Assembly: GCA_963790475.1 (NCBI GenBank)
Contig: CAWBOS010000011.1
Coordinates: 32,001-96,000, forward strand
Direction of reading: 5' to 3'
From: an uncultured delta proteobacterium
GTDB lineage: Bacteria; Desulfobacterota; RBG-13-43-22
DNA: 64,000 bases
Below, piece by piece: positions 1 to 7,452 of the stretch (position 1 is the stretch's first letter; every line of letters begins with the position of its first letter). The position numbers were made by a program, and so were the translations under genes. The notes below the pieces were generated by a model that saw only the letters and a program-made list of their open reading frames with translations, searched no databases and was not told the DNA's origin.

Positions 1-434
1 CCGCTCAAGCCCATGACCTGGGGTTTAAATTCCCTGGTCTTTTCGACAAATACCGAAACCGGCACATCGATACCGAGATCCAGGACCTCATACCCATTCA
101 CATCCAGCATAAAGGTCACGATGTCTTTCCCGATATCGTGGATGTCCCCGGCCACGGTTCCGATGAGGACCTTGCCTTTTTTTACACCGATCTGTCTTGC
201 TTCGAGAAAGGGTTTGACGATATCCGAGATGCCTTTTAAAATTTCTCCGGCCATGATGAGGTCGGGGATAAAGTACTCGCCTGTTTCAAAGCGTTTTCCG
301 ACCACCTCCATGGCCGAACTGGCATCATCCAGAATATCCAGGGGGTTGGTTCCTCCCTTAATCAATTCATGGACCAGAGCGAGGGTTTCTTCTTCTTTCA
401 GATCAGCCATCAGATTAACCAAATTTTGATTCAT
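1..434 (-). CDS. Corrinoid (cobalamin-binding) protein of a methyltransferase system; runs off the window edge
   Basis: Manual minus-strand translation from ATG at 434 (AAGGAG upstream): MNQNLVNLMADLKEEE...VGKRFETGEYFIPDLIMAGE...GTVAGDIHDIGKDIV, with the DxHxxG B12-binding motif. Not in the ORF track because it is truncated. Confidence 0.9.
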   Translation of the reverse strand, partial: MNQNLVNLMADLKEEETLALVHELIKGGTNPLDILDDASSAMEVVGKRFETGEYFIPDLIMAGEILKGISDIVKPFLEARQIGVKKGKVLIGTVAGDIHDIGKDIVTFMLDVNGYEVLDLGIDVPVSVFVEKTREFKPQVMGLS

Positions 435-783
435 GAAATCCTCCTTGATAATAAGAAGTTCTGCAAAATCCATTTGGATAGCTCATTGGAGAAAAGGCCT
501 TCAACGGGAAACGGGGGGAAAGGGTCACCAGGATGATTATTAAAAAATAGAAAGACGAACCCGTTTGTGATCTTCAAACAGAGGATGAATAAAAATAAAA
601 TGGATGGATCGAAGGGGAGGGTTAGGCCATTGAGAAGGACAAAGTTTCTTTTTCCGTCTGTGCCTGAAAATCTTCTCATCGGATTTCAAACGAGAGATCC
701 CTTAGGATGTTATCAGTCGATCTAGAGCGGAAGACAATGGAAAAGATTTTGAATGTTGTTCACCGGAAGTTAATAGGTGACCG

Positions 784-859
<76 letters not shown>

Positions 860-1084
860 ACAAATGGAGACTTAATCGTTTCTGAAAAATTTGTCAAGAA
901 AAAAAACCCGGCACCGGGGAGGTAATGATTGTCTAAACATTACAAAATTTTGAATAATGGGATCCCGCAGCTAATAAGCCAGCCGTCTCATCTGATATCA
1001 ATGGATTTGAACCTACGGTCAGGCAATCCCGCCAAGGGGGGGACTGACCTATTTCGAGAAATAGCTGCTTTTTCCGGAAACACT

Positions 1085-1390
1085 CTAAGCCTTTTTTTCC
1101 GGATTCAGGCCTGAGGGGAATGAAATATCCAGAGAAAGCCCTTGACTCAGGTCAATCTCCGATTCTTTGGAAACACCCGGGGTTGGGGCCTTTATGGTCG
1201 CCTCCTTTTCAGACCCCCTTCCTTTTTGGGTTATACTCGACATCCGTTCCATGATTTCCTGCAAGGAAATCGGGTTTGGCCGTATCTCCGGAAGGTTCAG
1301 CCGTTGCCTTTCCCCGGTCAGATCGGTCCTGCATTTTACGCATTGATCCAGGTAGTCAAAACTGATATAGCCACAATTGGGACAGCGCAT
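1085..1390 (-). CDS. Small zinc-ribbon protein
   Basis: MRCPNCG...CVKC N-terminus; GGAGG upstream. Confidence 0.75.
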   Translation of the reverse strand: MRCPNCGYISFDYLDQCVKCRTDLTGERQRLNLPEIRPNPISLQEIMERMSSITQKGRGSEKEATIKAPTPGVSKESEIDLSQGLSLDISFPSGLNPEKKA

Positions 1391-1496
1391 AATTTCCTCC
1401 GTTTATTAAAGTTAAGATTCATTATACCTTTTTTTGTTTATTTATTTTTCACAATTTTTTAAACGTTCTTGAATTTCCGGGAGCAAGGAGCGCTAA

Positions 1497-1605
1497 GCTT
1501 GAGGACCATTTCATTTAAGGAGCGTTCGTCTCCGACAAACTTAAGGCCAAAAGCAGTTGCCTCTTCCCTCGAATCCCGCCTTTGGCGGTATGCTCCTTAA
1601 GCGAA
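1497..1605 (-). repeat. Structured dispersed repeat, copy A (homologous to 25784-25894)
   Basis: Reverse complement aligns to 25784-25894 over about 110 nt (TTCGCTTAAGGAGC...GTCGGAGACGAACGCTCC...CCTCAAGC). Confidence 0.8.
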
Positions 1606-1673
1606 CCGGCCAACATCGGGATTCTATAATTTGAATTCTGACTCCCCTGCTCCAATATTTCAAATAGGTTTGA

Positions 1674-2423
1674 CTAGGTTTTTGTTAATCCCAGGTCGCC
1701 CCATAAGAACTGTATCAGGCAGAGCAGCGCCAGGGCAGCGGTTTCTGATCGTAAGATTCTAGGCCCCAAAGAAATAGAGACAAACCCTTTATCCCGCGCC
1801 TGTCGGACTTCGTCTTTATGAAAACCCCCTTCAGGTCCAATTAAAGCCAAAAAAGTCCCTGAAGAGGTTGATTGCCGTTCAATGTCCTTCAAGGTCCGCG
1901 AAGATTCTTCTTCATAGGGCAGAATCTTGAGGGCCTGATGACTTTCTCCAAGAAGCCCGGCAAAAGGAACAGCGGGAAAAAGCTCAGGCAGAACATTTCG
2001 TTCACATTGTTTGGCGGCCTCCACCAGAATCCTTTGCCAACGCCTCATTCGGGATTCCATCTCCGTTTTTTCAAAATTTCGCCGGCTATGAAGGGAATAA
2101 TAAGGACGAAAGGCAACGGCTCCTAATTCCGTCCCTTTTTGTAGAATCCATTCAAAAGGCTGGGGACGGATCAATGGTAATCCCAGGGTTAACTGAATGG
2201 GGGATTCCCTCATGATCGTCTTCCGGTCTAAAATTTCAAAATAGACCTGGTCTCCAATGATAGAGGCGATCCGGGCCTGGTATTCCTGATTGGAATTATC
2301 AAAGAGGAGGACCTGGTCTCCGATCTTCATCCGCAGAACCCGTAAAAGATGTTTGGCTTCGTCCCCCCCAAGGTAAGGATCGGGTCCAAGAAGTTGTTCG
2401 GACGGAATAAAAAATCGACGCAT
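1674..2423 (-). CDS. rsmE: 16S rRNA m3U1498 methyltransferase
   Basis: HLLRVLR, EAAKQC, IGPEGG and LGPRILRSETA motifs. Confidence 0.95.
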   Translation of the reverse strand: MRRFFIPSEQLLGPDPYLGGDEAKHLLRVLRMKIGDQVLLFDNSNQEYQARIASIIGDQVYFEILDRKTIMRESPIQLTLGLPLIRPQPFEWILQKGTELGAVAFRPYYSLHSRRNFEKTEMESRMRRWQRILVEAAKQCERNVLPELFPAVPFAGLLGESHQALKILPYEEESSRTLKDIERQSTSSGTFLALIGPEGGFHKDEVRQARDKGFVSISLGPRILRSETAALALLCLIQFLWGDLGLTKT

Positions 2424-2464
2424 CGGATTCTTTTTAACACTTTTGTAGTTTGAAAAGTGAGTTT

Positions 2465-2633
2465 TTCACCGCAAAGCGCACAGAAAATCTTTTTGTTCAA
2501 TCCCGTTAGAGGCGGGATTGAACAAACCAACTCTGGCTCACGGCCAAACAGTTTTCCGGAGGATAGCGAAGTTTTGTGTTTGCCGGCCTCTCACCGGCAA
2601 ACACAAATTTTCTTCTTTGCGCCCTTTGCGTCT
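2465..2633. repeat. Palindromic REP/MITE-like repeat interrupted by IS110; its last arm resumes at 4234-4243
   Basis: TTCACCGCAAAG... two internal hairpins ...CTTTGCGTCT | CCGCGGTGAA; homologous, in inverted orientation, to 57672-57849. Confidence 0.8.
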
Positions 2634-2696
2634 GGTTTATTGTTGTCAAGAGTTTTTTAAATATTATTAAACAAACTGGTAACTATCTTAGAGTGA

Positions 2697-2848
2697 CACC
2701 TTGCCCAACTCTGGTAATTTGAGAGTCTCAACAGAGCTCTAACCTTGCTTTATTGGGGTTAAGGTGCAAGCGGAGAGTTATTTAAGCTCTGCGAGAAGGT
2801 CGACTTAGTCGCCTTAGATGCCGCAAACGATAATCTCTCCGCTTACAC
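2697..2848 (-). ncRNA. Predicted bridge RNA (target-binding and donor-binding loops) in the IS110 3' non-coding end
   Basis: Two stem-loops with internal loops. Loop segments CGCAGAG and GCAUCU match the target; AGCAAG and ACCAG match the donor junction. Confidence 0.7.
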
Positions 2849-2859
2849 GCTAAGAAGGT

Positions 2860-4119
2860 CTAAGCAGCCAGTTTTAACGTTGCTCCTTTTGAATAATTTT
2901 CCATATATTCGTTATGATCACGCACCAAGGCAAAAATAACACCGAGAAGCTTCCGGGCAATGGCTACCAGGGCCTTGATCTTGGGCATTCCTTGATCCAG
3001 ATGCCTTTGATAGGCCGTATGCATCACTCCCCCTTTTCGAACCGTATTGATAGCGGCAAAAAAGAGGATTTTCCTAAGAAGCGACCGGCCTCTTTTGGAT
3101 ATATGACGATTCCCTTGGTGCCTTCCAGAACTGATTTCAAAGAGGTTCAGTCCGGCCAACTTCAGGACTTCAGCCAGCGTATGAAATTTACGAAAATCCC
3201 CGACTTCTCCAATCAGTCCGGCGGTGGTAACCTCTCCTATCCCTTTCAAGGACAGAATCGAATGACTATAGGGGATCTCGGGAAGAAGGGCCGCCATCTC
3301 CTGTTCCGCCTTCTCAATAAACTGGTCAGAAGATTCAATCTCAGAAAGAAGTTCTCGTATCTCAAAAAGAATCGCCTTGCGGCCTTCTTGAAGACCTACG
3401 GAATGGCCAGCGGCCGCATAAAGGGCCGGGGCTCGCTCTTTATCCAGCTTCCCTCGGCTAACCCGTCTCAGCGTGGCCCTCAAGGTCCCAAGACCACATT
3501 GGATAATATCTTCCGGGCACGGATAATGCCGCAACAGATATTGGGCACTGCGGGTTTTAATATTCTTCATCACTTGCAGAAACTCGGGGAAGACAATAAA
3601 GACCAAATCCTGAATCTGGTTCAAAAGGCCCGTTCGTCTTCGTATGGCTCTCTCCCTGGCATGGGTCAGTCGGCGAAGTTCAGCTGCCGCGCCTTCGGGA
3701 ATGACCACGGTAAGGGCATGACCCAGCTCAATAATATCCGCAATGACTTTGGGATCTTTCCTATCCGTCTTATTGGGCGAGTTACCCTGGACTTCCTTCA
3801 ACTTCTTCGTATGCATAGGATTAACCTGAACCAGTGTCACCGGCCGTTTCATCAGAAAATGTTGCAAGGGTTCTCCATAAGACCCGGTGGATTCAAAACC
3901 AACCACGATTTCTTCCAAGTGATTGGCCTCTTTGGCCTCAACCATCCGATTCCAAAATTTCGTAAATCCTTGATCATTATTGAAAAACTCAAAAGGTTTG
4001 ATTTCCGTCCGGTCTGGACAGCGGCCATATCCCATATTGGTCGTTTTGCCTATGTCCACGGTACCGATAAGGGTTTTTTCATTGACCTTCTTAAGTTTTT
4101 TTGTTTCAATCTTATTCAT
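2860..4119 (-). CDS. IS110-family DEDD recombinase/transposase
   Basis: TVDIGK, FESTG and KTDRKD (DEDD tetrad); C-terminal LKGIG...EISSG...ISKRG...LARKL-type motifs. Confidence 0.95.
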   Translation of the reverse strand: MNKIETKKLKKVNEKTLIGTVDIGKTTNMGYGRCPDRTEIKPFEFFNNDQGFTKFWNRMVEAKEANHLEEIVVGFESTGSYGEPLQHFLMKRPVTLVQVNPMHTKKLKEVQGNSPNKTDRKDPKVIADIIELGHALTVVIPEGAAAELRRLTHARERAIRRRTGLLNQIQDLVFIVFPEFLQVMKNIKTRSAQYLLRHYPCPEDIIQCGLGTLRATLRRVSRGKLDKERAPALYAAAGHSVGLQEGRKAILFEIRELLSEIESSDQFIEKAEQEMAALLPEIPYSHSILSLKGIGEVTTAGLIGEVGDFRKFHTLAEVLKLAGLNLFEISSGRHQGNRHISKRGRSLLRKILFFAAINTVRKGGVMHTAYQRHLDQGMPKIKALVAIARKLLGVIFALVRDHNEYMENYSKGATLKLAA

Positions 4120-4266
4120 GGCTATACTCCTTTCCTTGGTTTGGGTTTAACCAACTTGCAAATTGGACCTCAAATCAAGAAAGAGTATAGCCTTTTTTGT
4201 ACGGCTTAACTACTTTCTAAAATATAGCAAGCTCCGCGGTGAAACGTTTATACTGATACGATTCTT

Positions 4267-5181
4267 TTAATTATCCAGTTGTCTGAAGACAACACAGGCC
4301 CATTCTTCTTCAAGGACCAGAAGTTGAAGAGGTATCTTTTCCCGGGCATAAGCCCTGATCAAGGTCCTGGCCTGTGCGCCAAGAATCCCGGAGGTCACCA
4401 AAATCCCCTTGGGGGATAACAGCTTCTTGAAAATTCCGGCCAGAGGGATCAGGTCATTCAAAGTCAGGTTGGCCAGTATCAAGGAAAAGAGGCCGCTGAT
4501 AGTTTCCGGGGTAGCCAATTCCACCTGAATCCGGTTTTCCATTTTATTTATTTTTACATGGTCCCTGGCGGCTTCCACGGCCAGGGGATCATTATCAATA
4601 GCCAGCACCGACCGGGCCTGGAAACAAGCGGCTGCCAAGGCCAGGATCCCACTTCCCGTTCCCACATCCAGGACCCTGGAAAAAAGAAAGTCGGGCAGGT
4701 TTGGGTCTCCAGCCAAGGATTCCATGGCCTTCAAACAAAGGCGGGTGCTGGTATGCCCGCCCGTTCCGAAGGCCTGGCCCGGATCCAGTCTCAAAACAGT
4801 CTCACCTGGTTGGGGTTCATAGGCTTCCCAGGTAGGGCAGACAATGATTTTGGGGCTTACCCGCAGGGGTTTAAAAAAATGCTTCCAGTTTTCTTGCCAG
4901 TTCTCTTCAAATATCTGGCAAAGATCCCAGGCCGGGGGAGGAAAATCAGGGAAATAATAATATAGCGAGGCGATTCGAGTTTTTAGTTTAACCAGTTTGT
5001 TTCGGAAAGACTCATCCTTAGGCAAATAGGCCTTGAGCCGGGACGGTCCCTGACCTTCTTCCGGTCCCTCCTCGGTAAAAGAGCCCTGACCGGTTTCCTC
5101 AAATATGATTGAACTGCAGGTCTCGCACAACTGCGGAGAAACCGTTAGACAAATCTCGATCCAGGAAAGGGGGGTTGCCAT
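4267..5181 (-). CDS. prmA: Ribosomal protein L11 methyltransferase
   Basis: WQENWK..F.P, LDPGQAFGTGGHTST, LDVGTGSGIL; normally adjacent to rsmE. Confidence 0.95.
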   Translation of the reverse strand: MATPLSWIEICLTVSPQLCETCSSIIFEETGQGSFTEEGPEEGQGPSRLKAYLPKDESFRNKLVKLKTRIASLYYYFPDFPPPAWDLCQIFEENWQENWKHFFKPLRVSPKIIVCPTWEAYEPQPGETVLRLDPGQAFGTGGHTSTRLCLKAMESLAGDPNLPDFLFSRVLDVGTGSGILALAAACFQARSVLAIDNDPLAVEAARDHVKINKMENRIQVELATPETISGLFSLILANLTLNDLIPLAGIFKKLLSPKGILVTSGILGAQARTLIRAYAREKIPLQLLVLEEEWACVVFRQLDN

Positions 5182-5305
5182 TACCTTCGATCCATTTGAC
5201 AGAATAGATAATACGCTGTATTCTAATAAAATAAATTATTAAAATCAATTAGATTTCCATTTCAATCGATAAACCCCGAAGCGGCAGTTAATGGAGAGGG
5301 CCAAC

Positions 5306-6058
5306 ATGCATCAGGACCGTTTAACAGAACTTTTAAATCAAGTCAAAAATGGAAAGGTGTCGGTGGATCAGGCCGTGAAAAAAATGAAGCATCTTCCTTT
5401 TGAAGATATCGATTTTGCCCGGATCGACCACCATCGTTCTTTGCGGAAAGGCTTCCCGGAAGTCATTTTCGGGGAAGGGAAAACGGACCGTCAGATCATA
5501 GAAATCATGGCCCGGATGAAAAAAAACAAAGACAATATCTTGGTTACCCGGCTGGATGCCCAGAAGGCGGCCAAAGTCCGCAGGCGATTCCCCGAGGCCG
5601 ACTATCATCCCCTTTCCAGGGTCCTGACCTGTCTTTCCAAACCGATTAAGACACAGGAAAGCCGCGGGCTGGTCCTGGTTATTTCAGCCGGTACCTCCGA
5701 TATGCCGGTGGCCGAGGAGGCCTTACTCACCGCCCAAATCATGGGCAATCCCGTGGAGTATTTGTATGACGTGGGGATTGCCGGATTGCACCGCCTGATG
5801 GCCAAACAAGAAAAGATCCTTTCGGCTTCGGTCTTGATCGTCGTGGCCGGGATGGAAGGGGCCCTGCCCAGTGTGGTCGGGGGGCTGGTGGACCGGCCGG
5901 TGATTGCCGTTCCCACCAGTATCGGCTACGGGGCCAGCTTTAACGGTCTGGCCGCCCTGCTGGGGATGCTCAATTCCTGCGCCTCGGGCGTGGCCGTGGT
6001 GAATATCGACAATGGGTTCGGGGCCGGCTACCTGGCCACTTTGATCAACAGGGCCTGA
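5306..6058 (+). CDS. larB: Nickel-pincer cofactor biosynthesis protein LarB (PurE-like)
   Basis: ARIDHHR..RKGFPEVIFGEGK, AGTSD, DVGIAGLHRL, AGMEGALPS, VNIDNGFGA. Confidence 0.93.
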   Translation: MHQDRLTELLNQVKNGKVSVDQAVKKMKHLPFEDIDFARIDHHRSLRKGFPEVIFGEGKTDRQIIEIMARMKKNKDNILVTRLDAQKAAKVRRRFPEADYHPLSRVLTCLSKPIKTQESRGLVLVISAGTSDMPVAEEALLTAQIMGNPVEYLYDVGIAGLHRLMAKQEKILSASVLIVVAGMEGALPSVVGGLVDRPVIAVPTSIGYGASFNGLAALLGMLNSCASGVAVVNIDNGFGAGYLATLINRA

Positions 6059-6216
6059 GAGAGACACTAGAATTCATAGCCATTGGATTGAATAGAATCT
6101 ACTTTTTAGAAAGTGTAATTTTAAGCCGGGTGGGTAGTTTTTGAAGGGGAGAAAATGCGTAAAACCAGTTGACTTTATGTTGATAACTTCGGGACAGGAG
6201 CGAATAAAAATATATA

Positions 6217-6244
6217 TTGACATTCTGTTTTGAAAAGATAAGAT
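6217..6244 (+). promoter_or_regulatory. Candidate sigma70 promoter for the PLA2/barrel/C39 locus
   Basis: TTGACA-16 bp-TAAGAT in the AT-rich region upstream of 6456. Confidence 0.4.
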
Positions 6245-6455
6245 TTATTCAGAAGATATTAATCGTGCGGTAAAAAAGCTTCAAAAGTCATCTCCGATCC
6301 CTGTTTTCCTTTTGATTCATTAAGCGGGATATCCCGTTTTGCAAAACGAAACTGGAAACTATATCAAGTCCAAAACCAACCATCTGCCAGGCAAAGGACA
6401 AAAAATTATTAACCAGAGAACAAAACCCCATTAAACGAAAGAAAGGAGACCGGAA

Positions 6456-7130
6456 ATGAAAAGGAAAATAATTTTTATTGTATTGGGTGTGATGTTGTTG
6501 CTGATCCCAGGGGCCTTATGGGCAGTCAATCAGCCCGGCGTGTCGCAAGACACCCCTGCCATCCTGGTATCCTTGGGCCAGGCAAACGCAATCCCCCTGG
6601 ATGATGCGGCGGCCGCCGCGGTGCGTGGCCAAGCAGGAACTGATTATGAATTGGTCAAGGTAATTGGGCTCAATATGCTTGACTTTGGCTCCGGCCAATA
6701 CGGCAAAGATGTTAAATGGACATGGAATCCCTTGGGTTATCGCTACGGATATTGGGGTGGACCAGGATGGAGTGGCTCGGGTACTGAATATGCAGACGCG
6801 ATGGACAATTTTTTCAGGACTCACGATTTGGTTTATGCGGACCCTACTAAGAGTACTGCGGATAAATTCGCTGCTGATAACGGGTTGCTTAACGCACTTC
6901 AATCCCTCCTCCCAACAACAAAAGTACCTTATTGGGGGTATATCTACATTTCATCTCCTACAGGATTGCCAGACTCATCCTCCGTCGTCAACGTATCAGG
7001 CCTCAGCTTGATAGGAGGCAAATTTTTCTTCGGTTGGAAACCCATGCCGTATACGGAGTATTCCCGCCGAGAGGCCGTGACTGGAATGCAACTCTTGATT
7101 GCCGGTAAGTCGATTCTTAGAATAAATTAA
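6456..7130 (+). CDS. Secreted cysteine-free phospholipase A2-like protein with a double-glycine-like propeptide motif
   Basis: Sec signal peptide (about residues 1-23); LDDAAAAAVRG at 48-58; YGYWGGPG loop; DAMDNFFRTHDLVY (HD..Y); downstream AADNGL Asp. Confidence 0.65.
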   Translation: MKRKIIFIVLGVMLLLIPGALWAVNQPGVSQDTPAILVSLGQANAIPLDDAAAAAVRGQAGTDYELVKVIGLNMLDFGSGQYGKDVKWTWNPLGYRYGYWGGPGWSGSGTEYADAMDNFFRTHDLVYADPTKSTADKFAADNGLLNALQSLLPTTKVPYWGYIYISSPTGLPDSSSVVNVSGLSLIGGKFFFGWKPMPYTEYSRREAVTGMQLLIAGKSILRIN

Positions 7131-7151
7131 AATTTATCCAATCAGCTTTCT

Positions 7152-7198
7152 CTGAATCCCACGGATTTGATTTTTTTAAGAACCTGCGGGATTCAGGG
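7152..7198 (+). terminator. Stem-loop after the PLA2-like gene
   Basis: CTGAATCCCACGG...CTGCGGGATTCAG inverted repeat just after the stop codon. Confidence 0.45.
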
Positions 7199-7273
7199 AA
7201 ACAAAATTAAGGCACCAGGATCTACCTAACCCGGACAAGCCGGAACCATATTTGAAATATTGTAACATTTGGT

Positions 7274-7385
7274 GGATTCGTAAAAAGTCACCGAAAGCCT
7301 ATTTTCGTCATTCCCTTGAAAAAGGGAATCCAGTGTTTTTAATAAGTTGAGAATAGCCTGGATTCCCGCCTCCGCGGGAATGACG
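7274..7385. repeat. REP-like repeat, GTCATTCCC...GGGAATGAC family (also 31575-31705 and 60331-60465)
   Basis: CGTCATTCCC-ttgaaaaa-GGGAATCCAG ... CTGGATTCCC-gcctccgc-GGGAATGACG nested palindrome. Confidence 0.8.
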
Positions 7386-7452
7386 ACGAAATATTCTATC
7401 CAATTTGAGTAGAATTCTATTCCTAAGTTACTAATAACCAGTCAGGCCCGGT

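Larger units (their letters stand above)
2634..4233 (-). mobile_element. IS110-family insertion sequence, copy 1 (1600 bp including one CT core)
   Basis: Matches 57850-59449, and identity ends exactly at the flanking CT dinucleotides (2632-2633 and 4232-4233). No terminal inverted repeats. Confidence 0.95.

Noticed and set aside
13-429. 138-aa plus-strand ORF
   Set aside because: Shadow of the minus-strand corrinoid protein gene.
2914-4209. 431-aa plus-strand ORF, also at 58130-59425
   Set aside because: Antisense shadow of the IS110 recombinase with no recognisable motifs; duplicated only because the IS is.
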